From the NCBI RefSeq assembly GCF_011745625.1, contig NW_027191461.1, positions 186,001 through 250,000 on the forward strand: a stretch of DNA of 64,000 nucleotides. Direction: 5' to 3'. The notes under the pieces are model-generated. The model saw only the letters and a list, made by a program, of their open reading frames with translations, was not told the origin of the DNA and made no database searches. The stretch is from Cladosporium halotolerans (Eukaryota). How positions within the stretch are numbered: the stretch's first letter is position 1; every line of letters starts with the position of its first letter. Both the position numbers and the translations under genes were made by a program. Shown piece after piece: positions 13,102-25,624 of the stretch.

Positions 13102-14704
13102 TCAGGTGAAGATACGACCAATCCTCTCACCCAGTCCCGTCAGCCACGTGCCCAGCCCAAATCCTCCCTTGACCGCGACTCTGCCTGTGCCCGTGGCCCG
13201 GTTCCAGCGCCAGATCCACCACGCCGCCGAGCTCACAAATGGTAACAATGCAGTGCCAACAATCCCACGCAGCAGAATCGTGCTCTGCTTCTGCACCGCC
13301 TCCCGTACCTCCGAATATCGCTGATTGCTAAACGACACCCGCGCATACTGCGTGCGGAAGCCGCTGGAAGGCAGCTTGTCGGACAGAAACTCCTCGACGG
13401 TCTTGCGCGCGAGATACAGCGGCGAGCGCACGCCCGAGTGCATCTCCCAATAGTTGGCGCTGGCGAGGTCGTTGATCGTGTGGGCGTCGGGCACGCGCTC
13501 GGCCGTGTAGGATTCGAGCGCGGCTTGCGGGTCGGCGGCGTTAGCGTCGAGGTGGGAGAAAAGGACGCGCACGTCCTCGAGCCCGGCGTTCATGCCTTGG
13601 CCGTAGAAGGGGAGCATAGCGTGCGCGGCGTCGCCGAGGATCACGCCGCCTCCTGGGCTGTAGATGTGGGGAGAGCATTTGATGGAGATTAAGGGAAGGT
13701 GTGGGTTTGTCGTGAATTGGGAGTGGAGGGCCGAGGGCGAGATCAAGCCGGGAACGACGCCGGGAAAGTTTTCGTTGAAGATCGTCTGGAGTGAGTCTTC
13801 GCTCGACTCAAGCTCCGCGAACGTGGCGGCGGGGGCGAAAAGGGTGCAGGTGAAGGTCTTGTCTGTACTGGGGATGGCGATGAACATCTTATCGTCGCTA
13901 GGCCATATGTGAAGATGGTTGGGCGAAGTGGCGAATCCTTCAGCGGCGGAAGGGGAGGGTTGGCTCGCGTCCTTTGCCGGCGGGATTGTGAATTCGCACC
14001 AGAGAGTGTCGATGTATGTCTGGGCGTAGTCCATCCTGAGGTACTTCATCATGTGGTAACGCACGCTACTGTGGGCTCCATCGCAACCAAGGATGAGTTC
14101 AAAGTTGATCTCGATTTCTTGAGGTCTCGCAGGTGGTTGTTGGTTCTGGTTGGCCTGGGCTCCATCGGCAGTCTGAGGAGAGCCGTTCGTTTTCCGTTCT
14201 AGCCAGGCCTTCTTTACCTTAAAATCAACTCCCGTCAATTTGTGGTGAAAGAAAAGCTTGACGTTTGGAAGCCCTTCCAGCTCGTCGAGAAGGACCTTGT
14301 TCAGGTTGGCACGATCGACAGCACGAATGAAACGTCCGTGGACATCATAAAGCTGAGACTCTTCAGTGACGTTCCCTTTCTTGTCCTGGCTGTGAATCAT
14401 TCGGCCATGCATTGGAATCGTTTCTGAGAGGACGGCATCCACGAGTTTGGGCGAATCGGATTTACGCATGGCATTGATGCCACGTTCGGAGAGTGCCAGA
14501 TTGATCGATTTGGTAAAATTAAGAGGCACTGTCGAGGCATCTCTGAGATCTTTCATTTGGTTAGCACCTAACTTCGCCTCACAACACTCTCGCCCATTAC
14601 TTGCCTCCTCGCAACTCGTATACTTCGACGTCCCAACCACGACGCGCTGCATAAAGCGCGGCCAAGGCCCCGACGGGACCTGCTCCAATTACGACACACT
14701 TCAT
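13102..14704 (-). CDS. BNA4: Kynurenine 3-monooxygenase
   Basis: Exon 1 from ATG 14704 reads [33 protein letters not shown] (FAD GxGxxG). After a GC-AG intron (14550-14604): DLRD...[39 protein letters not shown], and a C-terminal membrane anchor. Confidence 0.95.
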
Positions 14705-15032
14705 CTTGTCGTTGATGGAGACGTCCTGATATCGACCAGCAGGGACAAATTTATTTTATTCCATATCACGCTGATCAATCAAAAGATCTAGAGTCATGAC
14801 GAACTCGTCAAGCCGGCAAACTCCGCGGTGATGCGCATAATTCAGAACGTAAGTGCCCTGTCAGCGTATCATCCAGCATGCACCCATCCTCTCACTAGCA
14901 CCCGATGGAAAGCTTAACCCCAGCCAGACGATCGCGCTGCAGGGAAGCGTCCAAAAAATTGTAGGACCGTCTCCTGCATTGCCATCATCCTCTTTTCCTT
15001 CAACGTTTGTCCTTTAATACACTCGTTTGACA

Positions 15033-17429
15033 ATGCGAGCCACCGCCCTCGCGCGCAACGCCCTGCGCCAGCCTGCTCTGCGAAGCGCCGAGTGGGCGGC
15101 CTGCCGCAGGAGTTTCGCCTCATCCGCCCCCCCATCCATCCGTCCTCAGACTTCATCGAAATTGGCACCTCGCACAGCACAATGGCAAAGCTGCAGGTGG
15201 CAGTCCGCTGCCGCTGCCATCCAGGAGGCTGCTGCCCACGATCCGACCAATCTCACTCAGGATGCGATTGTGGAGAACCTCGACCCTAAGGAGGCGGCTC
15301 GTTTGGACAAAGTCAGGAACATCGGTATTGCCGCGCACATCGACTCCGGCAAGACAACAGCGACGGAGCGTGTTCTATTCTATACTGGACGTATCAAGGA
15401 TATTCACGAAGTTCGTGGCAAGGATGCAGTCGGCGCAAAGATGGACAGCATGGACTTGGAGAGAGAAAAGGGTATTACCATTCAGTCTGCCGCGACTTTC
15501 TGCGATTGGATCAAGAAGACTCCGGACCCTGTCACTGGCGAGCTGAAGGACGAGAAATACCACATCAACTTGATCGACACTCCCGGTCACATTGACTTCA
15601 CCATCGAAGTCGAGCGTGCCCTTCGTGTGCTGGACGGTGCTGTCATGATTCTCTGCGCCGTCTCTGGCGTGCAGAGTCAGACTGTGACTGTCGACAGGCA
15701 GATGAAGCGTTATAACGTACCTCGTATCAGTTTCGTGAACAAGATGGATCGCGCTGGCGCGAACCCTTGGAAGGCTGTCGAGGGCATCAACCAGAAGCTC
15801 AAGATCCCTGCTGCCGCCGTTCAGATTCCGATCGGCGCGGAGAACGAGTTCAAGGGTGTTGTCGATCTGATCAGGATGAAGGCTATCTACTCTGAGGGCG
15901 AGAATGGTGAGATTGTTAGGGAGGATGAGTGCCCTGCCGACCTAAAGAGCTTGGCTGAGGAGAAGAGGGCTCTGCTCATTGAGACCCTGGCCGACGTCGA
16001 CGAGAACATTGCCGAGATCTTCCTTGACGAGCGTACACCTTCTCCTGATGAGATCAAGGCTGCCATTCGCCGCGCCACTATCAGTCTGAAGTTTTCGCCT
16101 GTTCTCATGGGTTCTGCCCTCGCAGACAAGAGCGTCCAGCCCATGCTTGATGCAGTCGTCGACTATCTCCCCAACCCCGCCGAAGTCGAGAACCTCGCCC
16201 TTGACCGCAAGCGTTCCGAGACTCCTGTCAAGCTTGTCTCCTACAACAGCCTTCCATTCGTCGGGCTTGCTTTCAAGCTCGAAGAGTCCAACTTCGGGCA
16301 GCTTACGTACATCCGTGTCTACCAAGGTTCTCTGAAGAAGGGCGCCAACGTCTTCAACGCCCGCACCGGCCAGAAGGTCAAGGTCCCGCGTATTGTACGC
16401 ATGCACTCCAACGAGATGGAGGAGGTTCAGGAGATTGGTGCTGGTGAGATCTGCGCCGTCTTTGGCGTCGACTGCGCTTCCGGTGACACTTTCACCGAGG
16501 GCGGTCTCGGCTACAGCATGAACTCCATGTTCGTGCCCGACGCTGTCATCTCGCTCTCCATTGCTCCCAAGAACACCAAGGATACCCCCAACTTCTCCAA
16601 GGCCATCTCCCGTTTCCAGCGCGAGGACCCGACCTTCCGCGTTCACAACGACTCTGAATCTGGCGAGACCATCATCTCCGGCATGGGTGAGCTCCACCTG
16701 AGCATCTACGTGGAGCGCATGAAGCGCGAATACAAGGTCGAGGTTGTGACTGGTCAGCCCCAGGTCGCCTACCGTGAGACCATCCAGTCCCGCGTTCCTT
16801 TCGACCACACCCTCAAGAAGCAGACTGGTGGTGCTGGTGACTTCGCCCGTGTCGTCGGCTTCATGGAGCCTACTGGCCAGCTTGGCGAGAACGAGTTCGA
16901 GCAGGCCATCACTGGTGGCACCATTTCCGAGAAGTTCCTGCTTGCTTGCGACAAGGGTTTCAACGCTTCGTGTATGAATGGACCTCTGCTCGGTCACAAA
17001 GTCATGGGCACCTACATGCAGATCAACGACGGTGCCACCCACATGACGGATTCGTCCGAACTTGCGTTCAAGAACGCCACCCAGCAGGCTTTCCGCAAGG
17101 CCTTCCTTGCCGCCAGTCCGCAGGTCCTCGAGCCCCTTATGAAGACTGTCATCAACGCGCCCAACGAGTTCCAGGGTAACATTGTCGGCCTCCTCAACAA
17201 GCGCAACGCCACCATCAACGACACCGAGATCGGCGCCGAGGACTTCACCCTCACCGCCGACTGCTCGCTCAACAGCATGTTCGGCTTCTCCAGCCAGCTT
17301 CGTGCCGCTACCCAGGGCAAGGGCGAGTTCTCCATGGAGTTCAGCCACTACGCCCCTGCGCCTATGCAGCTGCAGAAGGAGCTCGTGGCCAAGCACGAGA
17401 AGGAGAGGGCTGAGAAGAACAAGAAGTAA
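15033..17429 (+). CDS. MEF1: Mitochondrial translation elongation factor G1
   Basis: Intronless. Arg/Ala/Ser-rich presequence, then [43 protein letters not shown] and EF-G domains IV/V. Confidence 0.97.
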   Translation: MRATALARNALRQPALRSAEWAACRRSFASSAPPSIRPQTSSKLAPRTAQWQSCRWQSAAAAIQEAAAHDPTNLTQDAIVENLDPKEAARLDKVRNIGIAAHIDSGKTTATERVLFYTGRIKDIHEVRGKDAVGAKMDSMDLEREKGITIQSAATFCDWIKKTPDPVTGELKDEKYHINLIDTPGHIDFTIEVERALRVLDGAVMILCAVSGVQSQTVTVDRQMKRYNVPRISFVNKMDRAGANPWKAVEGINQKLKIPAAAVQIPIGAENEFKGVVDLIRMKAIYSEGENGEIVREDECPADLKSLAEEKRALLIETLADVDENIAEIFLDERTPSPDEIKAAIRRATISLKFSPVLMGSALADKSVQPMLDAVVDYLPNPAEVENLALDRKRSETPVKLVSYNSLPFVGLAFKLEESNFGQLTYIRVYQGSLKKGANVFNARTGQKVKVPRIVRMHSNEMEEVQEIGAGEICAVFGVDCASGDTFTEGGLGYSMNSMFVPDAVISLSIAPKNTKDTPNFSKAISRFQREDPTFRVHNDSESGETIISGMGELHLSIYVERMKREYKVEVVTGQPQVAYRETIQSRVPFDHTLKKQTGGAGDFARVVGFMEPTGQLGENEFEQAITGGTISEKFLLACDKGFNASCMNGPLLGHKVMGTYMQINDGATHMTDSSELAFKNATQQAFRKAFLAASPQVLEPLMKTVINAPNEFQGNIVGLLNKRNATINDTEIGAEDFTLTADCSLNSMFGFSSQLRAATQGKGEFSMEFSHYAPAPMQLQKELVAKHEKERAEKNKK

Positions 17430-17803
17430 GCGTCCTATGGGGCGAATGAATTAAGGAAGTTCGGCGTTGAAGACGAAGAGAAGCTATTGTATGATATCCG
17501 CGACGGTGCAGCATGATCTCCTGATAGACAGGGCATACATGTAGAAATGTCCGGGCCGCGCGCTCATGCCGGATCCGGATGCACGGGAGCGTTGGGAAAG
17601 CGAGGGCGCAACGAAAGTTCATGTACAGTAGCATCAGCCCTGGTTTGTCGTTTTCCATGTAAAGATACACCATTGAACTTGTTTGGAAATAGATTCGGGA
17701 GAGAAGGGAACGAGACATCTCTACTTCATTCAGATTCACGAATGCTTTCACCGATAACAATTCTGTCGGCCACGTTTCGGCAACACTTGGTATCTCGCTC
17801 AAT

Positions 17804-19322
17804 CTATAGCATGACAACACCAACACCGTCCATCTTCGTCTTGTCGATCTGGTTGTTTTCGTCCACGCCGCCACCCAGCTTCGGCGTCCGCCAGTTGAAA
17901 AGGTAGAAGTTCAGCTTGCCGTCGCCTGGCTCGAACTTCTGGTCCTTCAGGAAGAGAGGGTTGTCGAGCAGGGTCAGCGCGTTGAAGACGTGGAAGTCTT
18001 CCTTCTTCGCGAGCACCAGCGCGTCGTGCACGAGCTCGTCGAGGCGCGATTTGAGGCCCGCTTGCACCTTGTCCGCGGGGCCGGAGGCGAAGGCGCTTTC
18101 CGAGGCGTAGTAGTAGAGGTAGGCGGCGCGGATGGTCTCGGTCGTGGAGGCTTTGAGGACAGTGGACTGGCTAGTGTTAGCATGTGATTCATTGGCCCCA
18201 GCGGAAACCTGAGCGGGTTCAACTTACTTCGAGCAGGTAGTATGAGATGAAGTCCGTGATCTTCCCTTCTTGCTCGACCACGTACGACCATACGACGCCC
18301 TTTGCAGCTGCCGAGCAGAGGAGGTGCTCAATCTCTTCATTGCTAAATTCCTGCTTCAGGTGGAAGCGGTCGAGGTAGCGGACGAGAAGGTCTTTCACTG
18401 CAGGCACGTCTTCAGACTTCATGGGACGGAGACCCTTCGTTGATGTCTTCGACGGAAGGAAGTATTTGCGGATTTGCATAGCTTCCGTAGAACGATGAGG
18501 CAAGTGGCTGAAGCCGGTCTTGTAGAGGTGCTGCCAGTCGAGAGAACGGTGATAGTAGCGACATGTTGTGACGGGTGTGGGAAGGAGAGTTCCAGCGGTG
18601 TAAAGGGCTTGGTAGATTCCGTTGCGATAGCACTGCCGGGTGACTTCCTTGATGAGAACAGGAGCGAGACGCTTTGAACGCAGTTTGCGGTGAATGGTCA
18701 GGAAGTTGATTTCCACAGCGTTGACCTTGCTCTGGCGGACCTTCAGGCTGGCTGGTACTCCGGAGATGAAGGCCACAAGCTTGCCCTTCTTGCTCTCGTC
18801 TGCGGTCTTTGTGCGCACACCGATATGCCATTCCTTCTTCCAACCCGGCGGCTGCAGTGCCCACTTGAGAAATTCAACGGAGTAGTTGAAGCGGAACGAG
18901 CCATCAGTGTCCTCGACATAGTGGTTGTAAAGCAGATCATACAGCTCCTGTAGCTCTGCCTTCTCTTCAAGGTCCAACAGATCCCATACAAAGCCGTCCG
19001 GCAGTTTCGCAGGCTCCGGCTTCGCGCTCGCCTGGCAAATGTGATCCGGCAAAATAGGTCCTTCTTTTGCGCCGCCATCTGTGGTTTGCAAGAGATTGGG
19101 CTCTTGGAATTTCGGCACAGGCTGCGTGTTCCAAAACTTGTAGTCCTCCTGTTTCTTTCCCTCTGGTTTCGGCCCTTGGCTCAGCGCAAGCTGCTGGAGA
19201 AGTGCCTGGAGATCTTTTGCCTGTGTGACATTTGGTGCGCTCCCGGTGTTTGTCTTCGCTACGTCGCCGTCGGTCTGAGGAGCTTTGCCTTTGTCGACAT
19301 TCTTCTGGTCTTGTCCAGACAT
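17804..19322 (-). CDS. NMT1: Glycylpeptide N-myristoyltransferase
   Basis: YKFWNTQPV, NHYVED...FRFNYS, EINFLTIHRKLRSKRLAPVLIKE, DFHVFNAL, KFEPGDGKLNFYLFNW, C-terminal GVVML. Intron 18167-18227. Confidence 0.97.
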
Positions 19323-19820
19323 TTTGAGGCTTTGAAGCTTTTTCGGTGGCTTCAAATTACGGGGTGTGTATGCTGCCGGGGTGTGAAGGTTTGTTGTTTC
19401 TCAGACAAGCTCATCAGTCGCAAGCAAGCAAGCGGGTCCCCGAATCGCTTTGAAGTCCGGCGCTGAAGCGTCACAGCTGGAGAAATTGTGCCCCGCCGCG
19501 GGGCAGATTCGGAAACATCAGACGACTCAATCGCAAACTCAGGAGGAATACATTAATCTTCTTATTGGTTTGACATTCCACTATAATGATTTCCTTTGTC
19601 GAAACAGGGAGGCGCCAAATCATCGATCGACACCGAAATTGGGGGAAAAGATGCTTCAATTAAGACTGCTACGTGCACTGATTGACTGGCTCGTTACGTA
19701 GTCGTCGAAAAAATGGACCAACTTCTGCTCACAGGAATGAAAAAGGCCAAGTCACGAATTTGCTTCAACACTTTATGGTTGCCTTCAACGTCAGCCGATG
19801 TTTCGGGCGCCTTTCTGGCT

Positions 19821-20365
19821 TCACGACGTCTGCGAGGTAGCAGGCATCTCCATTTCTGTCTGCGTCCAGACCTCTCCATCGGCCGTCGAAGTGACCTGGA
19901 AACCTGTATTCGCGTTGCCATAGAAGGCACTTCCATTATACGGAGGCTTGCCGAGACTTTGCAGTTTGTCAGTTGGAAGATTCGCGCCACAGCATTACGC
20001 CCAGGAGAGACTCACCAATCGTCAACGTAGCTCCTGCGAATTTGAAGGTTGCCCGGTTGGTAGAGGAACCTAACTTGGGGATCATTGCATGAATGCCAAC
20101 CTTGAGCTTCTTCGGGCCTCGCTCCAGTCCCTTGCGCCATAGAGACTCCGCAGTCAGTTTCGAACTCAAGTCCTGGGTTCTTGTCGCTGATATGGAAGTG
20201 AATCGGTGAGCCAGTCGGGGCAGTCGGCAGGTTGTTGAGAACCACTACATTCGAAATCTGCCATGGTGAGGCCTCGATGAGGACGTTGCAGGGTTCTTGG
20301 CCTTGCGGAGTAGGCAGCGCAAGGGCAACGGTCAGAAAGACGTGGAGGTAAATCAAGGCATTCAT
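19821..20365 (-). CDS. Small secreted Cys-containing protein, possibly Alt a 1 / AA1-like fold
   Basis: Signal peptide MNALIYLHVFLTVALALP. Intron 19957-20015 (GTGAGT...CTGAC...AAG). About 160 aa with 4 Cys; TGA 19821-19823. Fold assignment is inference. Confidence 0.7.
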
Positions 20366-21105
20366 CTCGCTAGTGGTACTTGTTGTCTTGGCTGGTTGAG
20401 CTGACTGAATATGTGGTTGGTGGATTGAGATCTGGTCAGAGAATTTGTAATGAAGAAGGCTCTGCTCTTATAGCCTTGTCAACAGTGAAGTCTCTCCATT
20501 CATTCACCTTACGCTTTCCGCGTCGCACTACAAACGTGGTGAAGTGGCGTCTTGGCCTGCGAGTGTTGGCATAGCTGAACACACCAATCCAGTTTGCCTT
20601 ATGAGAAAGGCAAAATCGCAATGGCGTGGCTGAACATCTTTGGAAGTTTGCATGGATCATCAGACCTGTACGTGGCCATTTCTATACCACCGAGATAAAG
20701 TAATCGACTTCTATGTGAGTGTTTGCCTTTTTAGCAGCATAATAGTCTTTCGCCACGTGTATGTGGCAAGATACTGGCGGACATAGAGCCATGCCTTTGG
20801 CCCGCTGACTGGCTGCGCTCTCAATCGCCGTCCATCAATGGCCAACGATACGGTAGTACACGGGTCCCGGCATCATCGTCATGCCAAACTTGCAAGTTTT
20901 GGGGTAGTCTCGAGGCTGTGAGTTCGGTGGCACGCTGCACAGCATATTGGGTCTGGAGCTGAGGTGGGAGAATCGCGGTCATCTCGAAGCGGAAGTTGCG
21001 AGATTCAGATCCAAGAACGTCAAGATTCCAGCGTAAACGCAGCAAGTCTTGACGCAAGCCAGACCGCATCCTTTCTATTTTTGTCTACCTTACGTACGTT
21101 TTCCA

Positions 21106-22063
21106 ATGGGTATCAAACGACCTCACGAAGCCATGGAGGACCAAAATAGCCAGGCGCCGCAATCGCCCTTCATGTCCATGTTCGAAAGCTTTCGCGCAGA
21201 ATTGGACGAGCACCACGACCGCAGAGAACGCATCATCAAGGCTTCAAGAGACATCACAGCCGCATCCAAAAAGATGTGAGGATAATCACAGTAACTATAC
21301 AAAAGAACATAAGCTAACAACGATGCCAGCATTTTCACTCTTCAGCGGTATATCCAACCTTCAGTGGCAAACACAACGGCCTGTCAGCCACATTATGGCT
21401 AACCCATATTCTAGCCTTCGTACCATCAACCAGCCTCTACCTCAGCACATCAACAAGTCCAATGCGCAGTATTACACAATTATCAAGACCGCCTATGCCT
21501 CCATCTCCAAGGATGTGCAGAATCTCAACGCTTACCGCTACGCCCGCCAAGTATCCGGCGGCAATCAAGAGTACATTGAAGCCGCCTCCTTCGAGCACTA
21601 CCTGACTACTGCATCTCTTCTCACTTACGAAGAAGCGTGCGCCAAAGTCCGCGCGCTGGACTCGGAAGGCCCGGGCGTGGATCTGGGTTACGAAGACTAC
21701 GTGCTGGGAATCTACGACATGACGGGCGAGCTGATGAGATTTGCCATCACCGCTATGGCGACGAGCGGTGCTTTGCCTGCGCCGTCTTCCAGCGAGAACG
21801 AGAACGACATGGAGGTCGATTCCGCGGCCCAGAAGCGCAACATTCTCACCGATCTGCGCGCTTTGCGCTCCGCTCTCGAGTCGCTCAACACCAACGGCAC
21901 GGGGCCTTTCGGCAAGGAGGCCGACAAGAAAGCCGATGTAATGCGGCAGAGTGTCGAGAAAGTAGAGCGGGCATTGTATGGGCTGACCGTACGTGGCGCC
22001 GAGAGACCTAAAGGTTGGATGCCTGATCTGAGTGAGTCGAGAGCGGTGGAGGTGGAAGGCTGA
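21106..22063 (+). CDS. Translin-associated factor X (Trax)-like translin family protein
   Basis: FRAELDEHHDRRERIIKASRDIT...SKKIIFTLQR (uses an 18-nt micro-exon 21330-21347), GGNQEYIEA, YVLGIYDMTGELMR, SVEKVERALY...VRGAE. Confidence 0.9.
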
Positions 22064-22460
22064 AACGGATGTTCTTCCTGTAGCCCAAGCCGCGATGTTG
22101 AAGAGACGATCAAAACGCAATGACGAGTGCAGCAGAAGGGTAATCCGATTTGAATCTATCTTGATGAATTCACAACTTTCAACGCCTGCGCTAGTATTTC
22201 CTTTTTGGTACAGAACACAAAGAAACTGACAAGTATGAGGGAAGGCAAGTACGGGACCTCGGACAAAGTCTCTCGTCTCCAAAGACGTCCTTGCGTCTCA
22301 GATGGTGGGGAGTAAAACAATAGGCGGGGGACCGTGAGTGGCTAGAAAGTGAATCGGACTGGCCAGGGCCGAAATCCTGGCCCAGTCCCGTGGTATCGCA
22401 GTCGAAAACATAAAAGGGAACCAGTTGTATGGGCAATGACATTGCCTGTAGACGTCAGGC

Positions 22461-23637
22461 TTAAGCGCCAGTGTTTGCGTTGTTATTGCCGCCGCCGCTG
22501 TTCTGTAATATTTGCATTAGTATCTTGTTCTCTTGACGAATTTCAAAGGTCAACTTACGAATTTGCCAGTGACGCCAGCCCAGATGAGAATGATGATGAC
22601 AATGACCAGAATGATAGCCACACAGATACCGAAGCAGATCCACTTCTTTTTGCGGGCAGCTCTCGCGCTCACGATGGCGCGGTCCACCTGCACGTTACCC
22701 TGCTCCAAGTTCTCATGCGTATCCATGGCCTTCTGTTCCACGTTCTGTACCATAGGCTCCTGCTGAATGACGATAGCATCCAGGTCCTGGAACAGCTCCT
22801 GCAGCTCGAGCATGGTCCTTTCAATCTGCTGGATAGCGGCGTGACGCTGGCGAACGTTGGAGAGAGCACTCTGAGCCTGCCCCCTACGGTCGGAGTTCAT
22901 GAGTGCCTGCTGGAAGATCTGAGTATCCGCGCCCTCCGAAGTAGCCTCCCTGATCTCCTCCTCTGTCGCATCCGGGCGCACGATAAGAAATTGCCTGCGC
23001 TGCTGCTCTTGAACATCTTTGCGGAACTGGCTCTCGACCTGCTGGTAGGAGTTGATGGCTTTGCGAATGCGGCGGTCGAGCGCGTCAACCTGGGGCTTGT
23101 TGCGCGGGTCTTGCGATTCGGGGCGCGACTTGATGCGCTTTACGCGATCGGCGAGTCCGCGGTAACCGCTCATGATGTCGGCGCTAAGAGAGTCGACCTC
23201 CTTGTTCGAGCCACCAGAAGACGAGATGAACTGGCGCTGGCTGCGCTGCAGGGCAGCAAGACGTGACTCGAGGTCATCAATTGCACGGCCGACAGCGCGG
23301 CAGTCGTTGAGAATCGCATTGGGGTCGCTGGGTTGCTGAGGTTGGCCGTAGGTATTGTCGGACTGGCCGTGACCCATGTTCTGCATCTCCATGGGTTGCT
23401 GACCTGGTAAGGAGTGAGCAGCCATGTCTGTATTGATAGTTTTAGATCTAACATACCGTATTGAGGCGGGGGCGCGCTGTCGTAGGGGTTGGATTGGCCG
23501 TAGCCGCCGCCGTAGCCATTGTTGTACTGCTCGTCGCAATCTAGTCAGCCATGATGTTCGAAGAGAAGAAGCCGATACCATTGCTGCAGTTGCTGGCTCC
23601 TCGTTTGAAAAGATACATGGAGTATACCCACAGCCAT
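22461..23637 (-). CDS. SSO1: Plasma-membrane syntaxin (Sso1/Sso2-like t-SNARE)
   Basis: Habc and SNARE region (RQFLIVRPDATEEEI, RHAAIQQIERTMLELQELFQDL), KKKWIC followed by a TM helix. Likely 6-nt first exon ATG GCT at 23637 (alternative ATG 23581). Last exon NSGGGNNNANTGA*. Confidence 0.92.
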
Positions 23638-24302
23638 TGTTGCCGCCTCAGAAAGTTGATGCGCTCTGGAAGTCCTGTTTACTCCTGAATCGTATTGTGG
23701 TGGTGTTTCGGTTGGTATGCAAGCAGCAAAGGATGTCCCTGCGCTGTCGAATGCCGTGTAATGAGAAGCTCGTGCGACGTAGTGCCGAGCGGGGTATCTC
23801 TTGCGCAGCGAATACTCGGCGCGAGATTGTATGAAGTAAGAGTTGAGATGCCTGGTCTGGTTCTAGAGAGGCTGGCGCGGCCAGTCCCTTAATTCTCGAA
23901 CCGTTGGCAGCTCCGCCCCCTCGCGCGACGCTGGCGCTAGGCTAGCATAAGCTTAAAAATAGTCCGCGCCGCCTGGCTTCTTCGCCACTGTTGCGCGACA
24001 ACTCAGCTTGTACATGCAAGGCGACAGCTTTTACTTAGCCTCACTACATACGCACACACGTACGCATCTAAGCCGCTCACGCAAGTGCGAAGTGGCGAAT
24101 CACTGCTGCGGCCCCTGCTCGCACAATCGGTAGTTGATCCTGTCGCGTCCGTCTTCAACTTTGATCGTTACGAAGGGTGACATCCATGACACTGACAGAT
24201 GTACATAATTGACTTAGCGGGCCACAGGCGATAGCCTTCAAGATCAGCTGAGACACACGCACTTCAGGGTTATGAGAGACCAATCGGTATATGCATTGTG
24301 CC

Positions 24303-25190
24303 TCAGAAGTCTACCACTTCCACATCCCACCTCTCAGGCTCCGGCCTCTCGTCGGAAACCTCGTCATGACCTCCCTGCTGGTCAAAAAGCACCTCATCGT
24401 GCGATGCTGATCCTAGAAACAACATGGGATCCGGCAAGTCCCCCAAGCGCTCTTCGTAGCCTCCAACAACTCCTCTCAGATTGTCCCTCCATTCCCACAG
24501 CAGCGCATATCCCTTCACCAACTCTTCGAACCCAATACCGAACTCTTCAACACTCGCCGCGACATCTTCGACCAAGTTTTGTCTACGAGTCAACAAGCTG
24601 GCGATGAGGAAACATGACGCCGGCTGCACCATGCCCGAAAGATCCGGGTGCCAGTTTCCGTCGGTCAGAGTCAGCTCAGTCAGGTTCAGTGCTATGATTT
24701 CGGTGTCGATGTCTGAGTCTAGGCCACAGAAGTGGACGAAGGAAAGTAGGTCCCTGCTTGGCGTATATGGCAGCATCGGGGATGTGACTCGGGCAACGAG
24801 CTTCCCGATTTCACAGCCTCTCGCCTGGTCGTGACTTGGCTCCGCGCTCTCATCGACGCTCATCGACTCCGTTGAGATTTCGTGAATTCGCTTCACTCTC
24901 TTCGCGGCTTGCGCTCTCGTCTCGCGCTTTGTCTCTGTAGCTGCTGGAATGCTGGCCTCTTCGGTCTCCGCGTCATGATGGAAGGATCGCTTTTTGGTAT
25001 TGCTCGCTGCGCGCCTCTGTGACGACGGTCTTCCCGCAACTGGCTGCTCGGATAGTTGCGATGTCCCTTCTTCCGTGATATCGCTGAGCATCCTCGTGTG
25101 ATTTTTGCCTGCTTGCGTTCGGCCCCTGTTGCTTCCACGCCCGCGCGACGCGGCGCCCCTCGAACGGCCTACGCCTCGCTTTGGAGGCAT
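24303..25190 (-). CDS. Hypothetical protein with basic RG-rich N-terminus and possible cyclin/TFIIB-like helical domain
   Basis: Single ORF from ATG 25190 (MPPKRGVGRSRGAASRGRG), NLS-like KRVKR, C-terminal amphipathic helices QPASCFLIASLLTRR...EELVKGYALLWEWRDNL. Confidence 0.6.
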   Translation of the reverse strand: MPPKRGVGRSRGAASRGRGSNRGRTQAGKNHTRMLSDITEEGTSQLSEQPVAGRPSSQRRAASNTKKRSFHHDAETEEASIPAATETKRETRAQAAKRVKRIHEISTESMSVDESAEPSHDQARGCEIGKLVARVTSPMLPYTPSRDLLSFVHFCGLDSDIDTEIIALNLTELTLTDGNWHPDLSGMVQPASCFLIASLLTRRQNLVEDVAASVEEFGIGFEELVKGYALLWEWRDNLRGVVGGYEERLGDLPDPMLFLGSASHDEVLFDQQGGHDEVSDERPEPERWDVEVVDF

Positions 25191-25624
25191 TGTGCTTCTT
25201 TTATGACGGGTATCGAGGTTTGGAGGAACACTTCTTGCCAAAACTGTGCCTTTCAATCAGAGTGATCGAGAGTGAGTGTCAGTTCGACGTCTTCGTAACT
25301 TTGGCGCGTAAAAGTCCTTTGTTCCATTGTTACCAATTCCGGCTTACATTCTGCGACGGACCCGGCTAGTCGACATTGGAAAATTCGCAGCGGTTGGACA
25401 AAGGCGAATGCGGCTTCGTGAAACATGGCAGATTCTCCTGCCTTGGCGGTTGGGATTGATCGTGAGGTATGTATTGGAGCATAGTGACCGCATTTTGGAA
25501 GCTGTATAGACCTACGTCCCACCAAGCCATGACTCAGCATTCCACGGGACACAAAGCATTTAACATCGGGACACGGTTTCAACCAAGGTATGTCGCAGTA
25601 TAGTAGTCCTCAGAGCATCTCGCT

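Noticed and set aside
15942..17396. 484-aa antisense ORF opposite MEF1 (and similar ORFs opposite ACAD, SSO, DHH, SSN8, Trax, MDR)
   Set aside because: Shadow ORFs caused by strong codon bias and high GC of the sense gene; no independent protein motifs.
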